Notes: a model not told the origin generated them from the sequence alone. 64,000 nt of DNA from Chitinophagales bacterium (GCA_033762815.1 JANRLF010000002.1:49792-113791); one strand, 5' to 3'. Numbered from the stretch's first letter, positions 18,801 through 28,481 are shown. A program made the numbers and translations.

Positions 18801-18984
18801 GCCCATCTTTAGTACCGAACCACATAAAACCCATGCTATCTTGGCAAATGGCGCTTACTGCGCTTTGTGATAGGCCATCGTTAATGGATAAATTATGGAA
18901 TTGGTGCTGTTTGCTTTGGGCAAAAGCCAACTGATGGGCAATCAGTATTAAAATTAACAACCAATATACGGGCCTTAATATCAC
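15814..18984 (-). CDS. sensor histidine kinase with periplasmic beta-propeller repeats and Y_Y_Y domain (HisKA_3/HATPase_c)
   Basis: Repeated propeller blades (WFGT..GL..YD / LWIGT..GL), one TM helix, a coiled coil, then H-box EDLHDGIGQ and an ATPase domain. Convergent with the response regulator across a 7-nt spacer. Confidence 0.9.
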   Translation of the reverse strand: MILRPVYWLLILILIAHQLAFAQSKQHQFHNLSINDGLSQSAVSAICQDSMGFMWFGTKDGLNRYDGFGFKIYRNNKENAHSIAGNHVNFLMLDSKSNLWVATNGGLDLYLPEKDHFKHILFPTPSSVRNYAVTCLYEDKYGNFWVGTESEGLLKLGPNYNILEHFRFVFQDTNSIPSSHIACITGDNQGYVYVGSKIGGLCRIAIATGKIKRYSPSKETLYRNHIESLSNIGGKIWIGTIQGLNILDPATDIISPAKQLDCYKLPWMGGVLLTAFQDANNEIWLSYGSIGLRKLKMNANDCVAVNLLTGANNFYPDNIISIYQDRSGLMWLGTNGGGVFCYYPGEKFELYTHNPLDSSSVVARSIRAIMVAANGDLYVGGYAGMSVFKKNGRYKHFVPSPTSDKPSINPAVYCITEDIDHNIWIGSEGGGLQLFNPSNETFENFHYGSLQANGAPQNVIYKIFVDSQGSLWAGSDAGLSRYNREKERFEYVFGGGIITDLQLPVRDIKELKPGCFFLSTDKGLYYINTLTQNVQELTDKLNNKLICQKIFSTIIDGNTLWIATDGCGLKKMKFRNVNDNQIQIDSITHIEAIQASVIYGIIQDKLGILWLSSNVGLFSYDKSGTVNQFTSSDGLQSNEFNSGAYFKDQTGKLYFGGINGFNAFYPEKMPFNKAIPKVVLTKLMVNNQLYNSDQPFHTIKTLKLNSDYNVLSFEFAALDFVTPQKNQYAYMLEGFDKDWVYSGSRNFASYTNLPPGTYTFKVKASNNDYAWNEEGLLIAVTIVPPFYKNLSFIIPFTLLVILAIGVLIRSRIKSLERQQKALEEKVRIQTELMKMEKLKNEIEVSKALLEGQNMEQKRIAEDLHDGIGQTLTAANMNLMTLEHNVKSAEGRNSELMESLRMLLNHAITEVRNISHNLMPNLMMEEGLEVALAELSSRTMKSGRINIVLNIDELPPSLPQTAQINLYRIIQEIINNTLKHSFAKNLYIDMIIKGKNLFLETRDDGLGFDLNKTLRKGIGLKNIKIRTQLLDGVFEIKSASGKGTIIHITIPLKHEMD

Positions 18985-19027
18985 CTATAATCGCACTATG
19001 TGTTATACTAAGTTACCAATTTCGGGG

Positions 19028-21001
19028 CTAGTTGTAAAAACGCCAACTCACGCCTACTTTAAAAGCCCTATCGGCTGCGGGATATCCGTATGTCGCATAG
19101 TACCCCTTTTGCGAAAATATTCCTTGGTTTACATGCTCCATCTTCAGGAACACAATGGCTTCGGCAATTTTAAGACTCACAAACACGTCTGCTACTGGGT
19201 AGTAGCTTAATGTCAGGTTGTCTTGTATATAAAACTGTCCGGTAAGCGGAAAATAGCCATAACCTTTATAATTGGTATTATAGAAAACGTCTACACCAGC
19301 CCTTAGTACTAGATTTCCTTTAAATAGATTGTTCTCATAAAACAAGCTGTTTTTCGACCAAAATTTTGGAAAACGCAATATATCTTGACCGGTAAAAAAC
19401 TGGAGCACAAACAAATTATCCGAACCAAAATGTCGCCACCTAAAGTTTTTGCTCAACTGTACCACCCAAACCTGTACACTGCCAGATAGCTGAGTAGGCA
19501 CGCGGTTTTGATTGAAGTAGCCCGGGTAGGTAATATTATAAAACCAACCACTTAGCAAAAATCGATAGCGGGGAATCTCATAACTTAAACCAGCATTGAT
19601 ATTGATGGTTTTATTGAACTGATTATCAATGTTTACTCGTTGATATTGAAAGCTGTTATACAACCAGGGCAATTCTTTTCTGCTAAAGCCCCCACTTACC
19701 AATAGTCGCCCAATTTTCTTTAAGTTAAGCCCTATGCTGCCTTCCGCTATCAAATCATTTTGGTTGTAGTCTACAAGGTCATAAGTAACTTTACTATGAT
19801 AGATAAAGGGGCTATTTGAACTTGGATGATTACGAAGCGATAATTGCAATCTAATTTGTTGCAGCGGTTCCCGCTTAGGGTCTTGCACTATGCTACCTAA
19901 TGATTGGTAAATGGAGGCGTCTATTAAGTAGTTCCTATAATGGACACCGGTGCTATCAATGCTTTTAATACTTGTTTTGGTAATGCCCAAGGTGTTTGCC
20001 CAATGGGTGTATGCCACCGTAGAAAAAAGACTGTCTGCATCTACCTGAAACTGGTCATAATAGCTTCCTGTAGGGTTTTGGTCAAAAAAAGTATAACGTT
20101 GGGCCCCGAAGGATAGCTCATGATATAGCGTAAAACTTGGGTAAAACATCAGGGCACGGGTGCTATCATTTATCTTTATAGTATCGGCTTTGCCTTGTCT
20201 CCACTCTTGTTTTAAAAAAAATCCTTGATCCTTGTATTTAGTTTGTGCTCCATCTAGGGTTACCGCGGTCAAACTACTGCTTATACCCTGGTCATTGGCA
20301 AAAATATCGGTAGTGTCCACTCCGCCATTTTCCTGTTGTTGGTTGCTGTTGAATAAAAATATGGCGGTAAGTTTATATTGCTGGCTGCGGGAAATGTATC
20401 GGGTGGTAAGGGCAAAATTATTATGGTTGGTTTGTTGTGAAGCATAGGTGCCTTCTGATGAATAGCGTCTGAATTGAAATGCAATGTTGAATCGTTGCCC
20501 AATGTTTTGGTTATGGGTCACATCAACCATTTGCTCTTTTCGCTGCCCAAAGAGGAAAAAAAGATGGGTATACGGTATACGGGAATCATAAAACCGTAAG
20601 GAGTGGCGATGGAAATTGTAAAGGTCGTATGTATGGTAGCCTAGGTCAAAGCCCTGTGAAAGGGAAGGCTGGTAAAAGATTGGAACGGTTGGAAGACCGA
20701 TATTGCCAATATTTCTGTAAGCCCAGCCCCCTTGAGTATATACTGGGTCATAATACTGTTTATTATCCAAATTGGTGTCGATGGGATAAATGTCCAAATC
20801 ATTATCCCCTATGTGGTAAGTCACCTTGCGGGTGTAGAACCGCTTTCTAATCGAGTCTTGTTTTGCTTCAGGTGTTTTGGCTACAGAGTCAGGTGTTTGC
20901 CCAGGCTGGGAGTCAAAAAGATAGCTGGTATCGGTTTGCGCATTGGCATTGGCAGCCAATAGCATGAAAATGGATATCCATAAGCAGTGCTTCAGCACCA
21001 T
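19028..21001 (-). CDS. outer-membrane beta-barrel protein (putative porin family)
   Basis: Signal peptide, Tyr/Asn/Gly-rich alternating beta-strand pattern, and a C-terminal aromatic residue pattern (VSWRFYN). Its ATG lies 1 nt after the PNP stop. Confidence 0.6.
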   Translation of the reverse strand: MVLKHCLWISIFMLLAANANAQTDTSYLFDSQPGQTPDSVAKTPEAKQDSIRKRFYTRKVTYHIGDNDLDIYPIDTNLDNKQYYDPVYTQGGWAYRNIGNIGLPTVPIFYQPSLSQGFDLGYHTYDLYNFHRHSLRFYDSRIPYTHLFFLFGQRKEQMVDVTHNQNIGQRFNIAFQFRRYSSEGTYASQQTNHNNFALTTRYISRSQQYKLTAIFLFNSNQQQENGGVDTTDIFANDQGISSSLTAVTLDGAQTKYKDQGFFLKQEWRQGKADTIKINDSTRALMFYPSFTLYHELSFGAQRYTFFDQNPTGSYYDQFQVDADSLFSTVAYTHWANTLGITKTSIKSIDSTGVHYRNYLIDASIYQSLGSIVQDPKREPLQQIRLQLSLRNHPSSNSPFIYHSKVTYDLVDYNQNDLIAEGSIGLNLKKIGRLLVSGGFSRKELPWLYNSFQYQRVNIDNQFNKTININAGLSYEIPRYRFLLSGWFYNITYPGYFNQNRVPTQLSGSVQVWVVQLSKNFRWRHFGSDNLFVLQFFTGQDILRFPKFWSKNSLFYENNLFKGNLVLRAGVDVFYNTNYKGYGYFPLTGQFYIQDNLTLSYYPVADVFVSLKIAEAIVFLKMEHVNQGIFSQKGYYATYGYPAADRAFKVGVSWRFYN

Positions 21002-21002
21002 T

Positions 21003-21818
21003 TCATAGTGAATTGATGAGTTCTCTCATTACTAGGGTCAGCTTAGGCTCTGCCGTGCTGGCTACATCTATTACATTTTGTAAAGAAGTTTCTTTAATGT
21101 TTTCTTCCGGATAGCCCATATCTGTAATTACTGATATGGCGAAAACTTTCAGTTCCATATGCTTGGCTACAATGGCCTCAGGCACTGTTGACATGCCCAC
21201 GGCATCGCCACCAATAATGTGGAAAAACTTATACTCCGCCGGGGTTTCCAATGTTGGGCCTTGCACGCCTACATAAACCCCCGCATGGCAATCGATATTG
21301 TGCTTGCGGGCAATATCCAAACCTTGTTGCACCAAAGCCTTGTCATAGGTTTTAAGCATATCTGGAAAACGCGGGCCTAATTCGGCGTAGTTTTTCCCCC
21401 GTAACGGATGCTCTGGCTGCATATTGATATGGTCTCGCAATATCATAAGGTCGCCGTTTTTATAACTTGGGTTCAAACCGCCGCTGGCATTGCTGATTAA
21501 AAGCAGACCAATGCCCAAAAACTTAAATACCCTAACCGGGAAAGTTACTTCCTGCATGTTATACCCTTCATAATAATGGAAGCGCCCTTGCATGGCTACT
21601 ACCTTCTTTTCACCCAAATAACCAAAAATTAATCTTCCTTTATGGCTTTCAACCGTTGACACGGGAAAATTGGGGATTGAAGCATAATCGAGGGTTTTTA
21701 CTACTTCTATTTCCTGTGCTAGATTACCCAGGCCTGTACCAAGTATGATTCCGAATTGGGGCTTAAAGTCTGTTTGCGATTCTATGTAAGCAACGGTCTC
21801 TTTTATCTTATCAATCAT
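21003..21818 (-). CDS. purine nucleoside phosphorylase (trimeric PNP/PunA type)
   Basis: GIILGTGLG, VVAMQGRFHYYEGY and GPRFPDM are hallmark motifs of inosine/guanosine-type PNP. Confidence 0.9.
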   Translation of the reverse strand: MIDKIKETVAYIESQTDFKPQFGIILGTGLGNLAQEIEVVKTLDYASIPNFPVSTVESHKGRLIFGYLGEKKVVAMQGRFHYYEGYNMQEVTFPVRVFKFLGIGLLLISNASGGLNPSYKNGDLMILRDHINMQPEHPLRGKNYAELGPRFPDMLKTYDKALVQQGLDIARKHNIDCHAGVYVGVQGPTLETPAEYKFFHIIGGDAVGMSTVPEAIVAKHMELKVFAISVITDMGYPEENIKETSLQNVIDVASTAEPKLTLVMRELINSL

Positions 21819-21900
21819 TGACTGATGGCTTTGAATTATTGATGGTGAAAATTATCTACTAACTAACCCGTATATCCAACATTGATGTTCCTGTAAACTG

Positions 21901-22953
21901 CTAGGTCCTTCCAACGTATTCTATCAATTCACGGTCAAAGATAGTTTTGTCTTTTGGAAAAAAATCAGTTTCCACCGGTTGAATGTAAATCGGCAGTTGT
22001 TCTTTTGCAATCCTATCCCGAAAGGGAATGAGCTTCACAGCGTCTTTTTCTGTTATCAGCATCACTTTATCTTCGGCTGTAATGTTCTTAAGTGCCGTAA
22101 CAAACTCTTCAATATCCGTTTCTGTATAGGCATGGTGGTCGGGAAAATACCGAGTGTATACCTCCTTTGCGTGTGAACGGATATGGCTTTCCAAGTAATG
22201 GGGCCGGGCAATTGCAGCAACCAAATAAACCGTGGTGTTATTATCTATAGGCTTTCTTTCGCTATTCAATATACTGTAAGCTGTGCCGTATCTTTCAAAA
22301 GCAAACACTAATAGTTGCGTCGGTAGGGGCTTTATCTCATCCTTTATTTTTTGCCGCTCATTATTGTCCAAATTTGGGGGGCATTTAGTAACCACAATGA
22401 TATTAGCCCTTTTATATTGGTTGGCAGGTTCGCGAAGGCTACCCATAGGCAATAGATAATCCCTTGTAAACAATTGGTCATATGCGGTAAGTAGAATGGC
22501 CATACCTGGTTTTAAGGAGCGGTGTTGCATGGCATCGTCCAATATAACCGCCCTTGTTAAGGGCTGATCACCTAATAATTGCGGAATGGCCAACACCCTG
22601 TCTTCCCCAACAGTTACTTGGATATGCGGGTATTTATATTTTAGAACCAATGGTTCATCGCCCACTTCCATACTTTTCATCTTCTTTTCAACCGATAAGT
22701 AACCAACAGTTTTTCGACCATAACCGCGGCTTAGCGTAGCAATTGGGAACAACGGCGAAAGTAATTTAATCAGGTATTCCACCATTGGGGTTTTACCAGT
22801 ACCGCCAAAGGAAAGATTGCCAACAACTATAACTGGTAAGTCAAAAGAAGTGCTTTTAAGGACTTGCTTGTCAAACAAACGGTTCCGCAATGAAACAATG
22901 GCCCCGTATAGTAACGCAAAGGGATATAACAAATACATGTACCAAGGGGGCAT
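21901..22953 (-). CDS. lpxK: tetraacyldisaccharide 4-prime-kinase
   Basis: P-loop VVGNLSFGGTGKTPMVEYL with length and architecture typical of LpxK. Confidence 0.88.
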   Translation of the reverse strand: MPPWYMYLLYPFALLYGAIVSLRNRLFDKQVLKSTSFDLPVIVVGNLSFGGTGKTPMVEYLIKLLSPLFPIATLSRGYGRKTVGYLSVEKKMKSMEVGDEPLVLKYKYPHIQVTVGEDRVLAIPQLLGDQPLTRAVILDDAMQHRSLKPGMAILLTAYDQLFTRDYLLPMGSLREPANQYKRANIIVVTKCPPNLDNNERQKIKDEIKPLPTQLLVFAFERYGTAYSILNSERKPIDNNTTVYLVAAIARPHYLESHIRSHAKEVYTRYFPDHHAYTETDIEEFVTALKNITAEDKVMLITEKDAVKLIPFRDRIAKEQLPIYIQPVETDFFPKDKTIFDRELIEYVGRT

Positions 22954-22991
22954 ATTGACAAATTTAAGGTTTCATTTAGGAAGAAAATGAG

Positions 22992-23024
22992 AAAGGCGGA
23001 CCCAAAGCATTGGTGTCCGCCTTT
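22992..23024 (-). terminator. hairpin terminator downstream of hsp20
   Basis: 10-bp stem AAAGGCGGAC/GTCCGCCTTT with an internal CCAA/TTGG extension. It is T-rich after the stem on the minus strand and separates hsp20 from lpxK. Confidence 0.55.
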
Positions 23025-23048
23025 ACCAACCAAACTTCCCTAAAATTT

Positions 23049-23474
23049 TTAAGCGATTTCAATGACCCTTTTCATGGGTTTAGCATCTGCTTTTTTGGGC
23101 AAAGCAACGGTCAATATACCGTTTTCATAGCTGCCTTTAATACTTTCTACATCCACGCTTTCAGGTAAGGTGAACGACCTGGTAAAGCTGCTGTAGTAGA
23201 ACTCCCTACGGGTATACCCGTTTTGCTCATCATTTTGCTCATTTTCCTTTTGAACGGAAATCGTCAAAATGTTTTTGTCAAGGTTAATGTTGAAATCCTC
23301 TTTCTTCAACCCGGGCGCGGCAATTTCCAATGCATAACCTTCTTCGCCTTCGCGAATATTTACCGCAGGTTGGCTGGCGCGGAAATCACTTTTGAAGAAA
23401 TCATCATTGAAAAAGTTGCTCCAGTTGTCATTGAAGAAACCAGGAACATTGTTTTTGAATCTTACGAGTTTCAT
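23049..23474 (-). CDS. Hsp20/alpha-crystallin family small heat-shock protein
   Basis: Alpha-crystallin domain (AVNIREGEEGYALEIAAPGLKKEDFNI...FTRSFTLPE...NGILTVALPK). Confidence 0.92.
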   Translation of the reverse strand: MKLVRFKNNVPGFFNDNWSNFFNDDFFKSDFRASQPAVNIREGEEGYALEIAAPGLKKEDFNINLDKNILTISVQKENEQNDEQNGYTRREFYYSSFTRSFTLPESVDVESIKGSYENGILTVALPKKADAKPMKRVIEIA

Positions 23475-23599
23475 GGCTTTTATTTTTTGTTTGATAGCCA
23501 GTAATCAATCGATATACCAATGCCAATTTTTAGAAATTTCGACATTCATTCAAGACAAATTGGCAAAATGTTGGTGAAATAAATGCCATAATGACAATT

Positions 23600-24109
23600 T
23601 TAAGTTATTTCACCTCTTTTTCCTAATTCAATAGCTTGTAAATCCTTTATACTACCATTATCTAAAACAAACCTGAGCAGTGTTTTGTATTGATGAAAAC
23701 CACTGATGCCTGCTGCGCCAGGATTCAGTGTAAGCATGTTGTTATAACGGGCATCTCGGGCTACTTTTAAGATATGGGAATGCCCACAGATAAAAATTTG
23801 CGGAGGTTTTACTTGTAGTATAGCTTTTACCCTAGCATCATACCTACCAGGATAGCCACCTATATGCGTTATCCAAACATCAATATTCTCAATTGTAAAG
23901 CGTAAATCCAATGGATAATGGCTTCGAGCTTCCCTGCCATCAATATTGCCATACACGGCCTTAAAGGGCTTGAAAGCGGCTAAGTCTCTTGCTACCTGAA
24001 AATCGCCGATATCACCTGCATGCCATATTTCGTCACAATCTTTAAAGTGGTGTTTTACTCGAGGGTCTAGATAGCCATGGGTGTCAGAAATCAAACCAAT
24101 GCTAGTCAT
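23600..24109 (-). CDS. metallophosphoesterase family protein (YfcE/MJ0936-like)
   Basis: SDTHG, HAGD, GNID and GHSH metal-binding motifs in the canonical order. Confidence 0.85.
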   Translation of the reverse strand: MTSIGLISDTHGYLDPRVKHHFKDCDEIWHAGDIGDFQVARDLAAFKPFKAVYGNIDGREARSHYPLDLRFTIENIDVWITHIGGYPGRYDARVKAILQVKPPQIFICGHSHILKVARDARYNNMLTLNPGAAGISGFHQYKTLLRFVLDNGSIKDLQAIELGKRGEIT

Positions 24110-25346
24110 GATTGGAAGGTTTACTGAGCTGTCTTTGGTGAGCTTTTATCAAAAAATGATACCAAAAGACTCCCAAACTGTACAAGGCAGCAGTAGTTAG
24201 AAGAATATTGGAATAATGTACATTGCTGGAACGCAGGCCGGCAAATATCTGTGAACTGATGGCCCAACAACCCGACCATATGGCGGAATTGATTGCTGTG
24301 AGCAATTGTTGGTTGCGTTTGCCTACAAAGTTAAGCGTCAATTCAGAAGTCACAGGGCCGGCCACGTTCATAAAGGGCTGCCTAATCAAGAAAAAAGTGA
24401 TAGCCAAGGGCGCTGCAAACCATAAGTGTTGATACCATTCCGTACTGGCCATAAGAATTAGAAAAACTACTGCGATGGCTTGCACCCAAATAATGGCCAC
24501 CCTGTAACCGAAGCGGTCTTTTATTTCGGGTATGACCAATACGGAGAGGGCAACAAACAGAAAACTGACCGCATTCATCAATGAGAAAACATCCTCTTGT
24601 ACACCGTGTACATAAAGGAAGAAAAGGCTGATAAACTGTATAGTTAAACCTGCGCCGGTAGAAATAATAATAGTGGGTACGATAGCTTGCAATACTTTCC
24701 CCCAGTCGTAATCTTTATGAAATGAAATATTGGGCTGTTTTTCGGAAACATGTTCCTTGATTTTAATTCTGTAAATGAAATAGGCGCCCACTAAACCAAT
24801 AATGGAATAAATTACCAATAGCACCTGTACATCAAATACCTGTTGGTAATAGTGATTCAACACAAAGCTGATGCTGCCGCAAATAAATGTGGCAATATTG
24901 CCCATCATGAAGAAGAGCGCTATGGACCGGCCATGATGCTCCTCTTTGCTATTGGCCATAATGAATGGCAGGCCAGCAACCTGCAAAAAAGTATAGGTGC
25001 CGCTCCACAGGCTGAACGATAACTTGATAAGCTGGTCATAATGGTGGTGGATGGCCCAAATGGCAAACAAAGCCATGATTGGCACCCCAATAGTGGAAAT
25101 ATAGAACCATGGCTTGATGCGCCTTCCTTTAATATAGATACCAAAAGGCAATGCTATCAATAGAACGGTGAGGTATCGGTAAAAGGTAAAATCAGCAATT
25201 TGGTAATCATGATATCCTTCCTTAGCCATGTAAAAGTTATTGAGCATGGAAAAAGCGGCATTGACAAATTGCAGAAAAAACTCTGCAATCAGCAAATCGA
25301 CAATAAAGCGATCGAGTTTTCTATATTTCGCTAGGATACTTTTCAT
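24102..25346 (-). CDS. MFS transporter
   Basis: About 12 TM helices and 414 aa. Overlaps both neighbours (8 nt and 26 nt), implying co-transcription. Confidence 0.7.
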   Translation of the reverse strand: MKSILAKYRKLDRFIVDLLIAEFFLQFVNAAFSMLNNFYMAKEGYHDYQIADFTFYRYLTVLLIALPFGIYIKGRRIKPWFYISTIGVPIMALFAIWAIHHHYDQLIKLSFSLWSGTYTFLQVAGLPFIMANSKEEHHGRSIALFFMMGNIATFICGSISFVLNHYYQQVFDVQVLLVIYSIIGLVGAYFIYRIKIKEHVSEKQPNISFHKDYDWGKVLQAIVPTIIISTGAGLTIQFISLFFLYVHGVQEDVFSLMNAVSFLFVALSVLVIPEIKDRFGYRVAIIWVQAIAVVFLILMASTEWYQHLWFAAPLAITFFLIRQPFMNVAGPVTSELTLNFVGKRNQQLLTAINSAIWSGCWAISSQIFAGLRSSNVHYSNILLTTAALYSLGVFWYHFLIKAHQRQLSKPSNHD

Positions 25347-26250
25347 TCATACATTGCTCCACGTAACTTAGAATGGCTGTATTATCAGCGGGGTTGAACC
25401 ATTTAATTTCCTTGTCTTTTCTAAACCATGTCATTTGCCGTTTAGCATACCGGCGGGTGTTTTGTTTGATTAATGCAACTGCCTCCTCATAGTCAGTTTT
25501 GCCATCCAAGTAGTTGAACAATTCAGTATACCCCACCGTTTGTAAGGCATTTCTATCTCGGTAGTCCCATACCGATTTTACCTCCTCCAATAAGCCTTGT
25601 TCCATCATTTTTTCTACACGCCTATTAATGTTGGCATACAATTGCTCCCTGCCTGGGTCTAATCCAATTTTTATGGTATCAAAGGGCCGTTCACTTTTTT
25701 TACCGGAACGAAAAGAGGAATAGGGCTTATTGCAAGCAATACTTACTTCCAACGCCCGCATTAGTCTTTGCGGGTTTTGTATATCCACTTGTTGGTAATA
25801 AATAGGGTCAAGTGCTGCCACTTGGCTTTGCAACCATTGTAAACCCTTCTCTTCATAGCCATTTATCACTTTTTTTCTGACCGCTTCATCTATTTTGGGC
25901 AGTTCATCCATACCGTTTAAAAGGGCATTGACGTACAATCCCGTACCACCTGATACTATCACCAGAGGATATCGCTTGAACAGTTGTTCAGCTATCGACA
26001 GTGCTTCGGTTTCAAACTTTCCCGCTGAATAATCTTGTTCGATTGACAAATGGCCTACTAAGTGATGCGGTACTTGCAACAATTCATCAGCAGTGGGTTT
26101 GGCGGTGCCAATGTTTAGTTCCTTGAAGACTTGCCTGCTATCGGCAGAGATTATTTCCGTATGGAAGTGCTTTGCCAACTCGATGCTTAAAGCTGTTTTG
26201 CCAGAGGCCGTAGGGCCTACAATGAACAGCAAAACCGGTTTTTGCGACAT
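25321..26250 (-). CDS. miaA: tRNA dimethylallyltransferase
   Basis: P-loop GPTASGKT, DSRQVFKELNIGTAKP and RRYAKRQMTWF. Confidence 0.92.
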   Translation of the reverse strand: MSQKPVLLFIVGPTASGKTALSIELAKHFHTEIISADSRQVFKELNIGTAKPTADELLQVPHHLVGHLSIEQDYSAGKFETEALSIAEQLFKRYPLVIVSGGTGLYVNALLNGMDELPKIDEAVRKKVINGYEEKGLQWLQSQVAALDPIYYQQVDIQNPQRLMRALEVSIACNKPYSSFRSGKKSERPFDTIKIGLDPGREQLYANINRRVEKMMEQGLLEEVKSVWDYRDRNALQTVGYTELFNYLDGKTDYEEAVALIKQNTRRYAKRQMTWFRKDKEIKWFNPADNTAILSYVEQCMNEKYPSEI

Positions 26251-26277
26251 GCCGCAAATTTAGGCAATTAACCCAAG

Positions 26278-27693
26278 CTATGGTTGCCAAAAACCTTGGG
26301 CGGGCTGGCTAATGGCCTCTAGGCTGCTGAAACTGATAAAGGTGGTTTTACCTTTCAATACTTTTACATTGAGGTAATGTACGTCCGTGCTACCATTACC
26401 ACTGGTTTCTAGCTGCAACTGGTGCTCACCGGGAGGTAAGTTGATGCGGCTGTAATATATATCATGGGGTAGAGTCTGCCAGTTGCGGGTATCCGCTTGT
26501 TCCGATAGCGCTCCTATCACATTCAAGGCTGCGCCTAAACCTTCGTTCTTTTTTCTCACTGCCTCTGCTGCAGCTTGCTTTAAAGCTACCCGCAAAAGGG
26601 CTTCGCCTAGTTCACGCAGCATCCTGTCTTCCAAGTTTTGAAAAGCAATGGCATTGACATCCTGTACTTTTTCCAATGTATAGGTTTTGCCACCGGCTTT
26701 AACTATACCCTTTTCAAATAAGGGTATACGTTCAACAAACTTTGGAAGCACAATGCGCACCATCCTGAGATTGCCAAGGTTCTGTTTGTCTTCTGCGCCT
26801 AAATTATAGGCGGGGAAAGGGAAAACCCAACCCAATTCATCATTCTTAAAAGTTACCGCACCACCCGTACCTGGAATTACCGTAAAAGTAAGCGCTAACT
26901 CAGCTTTCACTGGTCCTAAACCATTGTTCCAAAGAAACACTACACTGCCACTGTCTTTTTGCGTCTCGGGCAAGTACTTTCTTCCAAAAGCTTGCTCGTA
27001 TTGGCGCAATTCATCCATAAAGCCATTGAGGTATGCTGTACGGAGCAAGTCTTGCTTTAATTGTTCGGGGGCACTTAATCCATAATCTTTTGCATAATCC
27101 CCTTGGTAGGTTTCATATGCATTACGATAGGCAATAAAGGCATCGTTCACTTGCCCATCGGCTTCGAATATCATCCCCATTAGGTTTAGGGCAAAAGCAT
27201 CTTGGCGGTAAGTAATGCGTTGTTTGCGGTTGTCATTGATATAATTCAAACGATTGTTGATTCGCTTGCATTCTACAATGGCGTCCTCGTAATTGCCTAA
27301 CTGTATGTAGTTTAGTGCTAAATAGTAATGGATCATTACGCTTTCAAAATCCTCGGCCTGGTATTCAGTAAGCAGGGGATTGGTAACGAATGACAATATT
27401 TCAAGCCCATAATTTTTTTGGTAGTCTTCTACTAATCTATCGGCAACAAGTAAATAGGTATTACTTAGGCTGTAATCGCCTAACATGTGGGCTACCACCC
27501 CTTTATTCATATAATAGAGCACCTTGGCTTTCCCTTTGGCTGACTTCTCGTCCTTTTCCAAATACTTGTAAGCCTTTTCCATATCGCCGCTTGTAAAGTA
27601 GCGTTGGAACTCAATGTTTTTTTGATAATAAGTGGCGCAGCTTGTAAAAGAAAACAAGCCCAAAATCACAATAGCTGAGCGCAGATGCTTCAC
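26278..27693 (-). CDS. TPR-like lipoprotein of unknown function (COG3014-like)
   Basis: Lipobox FSFTSCAT with a GTG start, and an N-terminal helical repeat region. Lies 13 nt downstream of the LpoB-like gene. Confidence 0.6.
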   Translation of the reverse strand: MKHLRSAIVILGLFSFTSCATYYQKNIEFQRYFTSGDMEKAYKYLEKDEKSAKGKAKVLYYMNKGVVAHMLGDYSLSNTYLLVADRLVEDYQKNYGLEILSFVTNPLLTEYQAEDFESVMIHYYLALNYIQLGNYEDAIVECKRINNRLNYINDNRKQRITYRQDAFALNLMGMIFEADGQVNDAFIAYRNAYETYQGDYAKDYGLSAPEQLKQDLLRTAYLNGFMDELRQYEQAFGRKYLPETQKDSGSVVFLWNNGLGPVKAELALTFTVIPGTGGAVTFKNDELGWVFPFPAYNLGAEDKQNLGNLRMVRIVLPKFVERIPLFEKGIVKAGGKTYTLEKVQDVNAIAFQNLEDRMLRELGEALLRVALKQAAAEAVRKKNEGLGAALNVIGALSEQADTRNWQTLPHDIYYSRINLPPGEHQLQLETSGNGSTDVHYLNVKVLKGKTTFISFSSLEAISQPAQGFWQP

Positions 27694-27706
27694 AAGTTAC
27701 GCTTGC

Positions 27707-28297
27707 TTAGTTTTCTATGTATTTTTTGATTTTTTTGTCCCCAATCCAGACTTTCTCGTTGGTTTCCAAATCAGTAAGAACCAGACTAACCTGATAGGTT
27801 ACCGTCTTTTTGTTCCCATACTCATCTACTATGCTGTTAATACTTCCTTGCAACATATAGTCGGCACCCTTTTCCTTTCCCCAAGCCTTGGCAGTTTCTG
27901 CGGATGCAAATTCCTGTTGGTCACCTCGTTCTTCCCTTATCTCTTCCCTTGCCTCCTTACCGGCTGCCAACTTTATCAAGCCTGAATTCAGCAATTCCCT
28001 TTCTATATCTGTAATGAAAGTCTCTGAAGCTATATGCTCATGGCTTTTGTTTTTGATGGTACCCACTATTATTCGGGGTTGGGTACTTTTGCGGGTAGTA
28101 AACTCTGTTCTCCAAGGGCGGGCGAGTACATCTTTTACCATTTCTTCGGCCACAAGGCGCGAATCGGTGTCGTTCCAACGGCCACTCAGATCAATAGTTT
28201 CCTTAGGGTCAACCCTTTCAACGGTGCGGGTGCCCGAACAGGAACTGATGAATAAAATAGCGGTGATGAATGATAGGTTGAGCAAAACGTTTTTCAT
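27707..28297 (-). CDS. LpoB-like lipoprotein (penicillin-binding protein activator LpoB family)
   Basis: Lipobox LFISSCSG, then IDLSGRWNDTDSRLVAEEMVKDVL...IIVGTIKN, typical of the COG3417/LpoB fold family as I recall it. Confidence 0.65.
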   Translation of the reverse strand: MKNVLLNLSFITAILFISSCSGTRTVERVDPKETIDLSGRWNDTDSRLVAEEMVKDVLARPWRTEFTTRKSTQPRIIVGTIKNKSHEHIASETFITDIERELLNSGLIKLAAGKEAREEIREERGDQQEFASAETAKAWGKEKGADYMLQGSINSIVDEYGNKKTVTYQVSLVLTDLETNEKVWIGDKKIKKYIEN

Positions 28298-28481
28298 GGC
28301 AGTTCATTATTTTAGTTACACTTCTTTGTGTTTTCCCAAAGTTTATTCCAAAAGGAATGATATTTGCAAAGTTAATATAGCATACCTGCTTTTTCTCTAG
28401 CCTATAGGGGTTAAAAATACCAATAATGGCGAACGATGGCTTGCATGCTTTGCCCAACAAACTATACAGGCCATAGGACAC

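Noticed and set aside
28218-28481. 87-aa minus-strand ORF filling the divergent spacer between the LpoB-like and rhomboid genes
   Set aside because: It overlaps the LpoB-like gene 5-prime end in another frame and occupies the shared promoter region. It has no recognisable motif.
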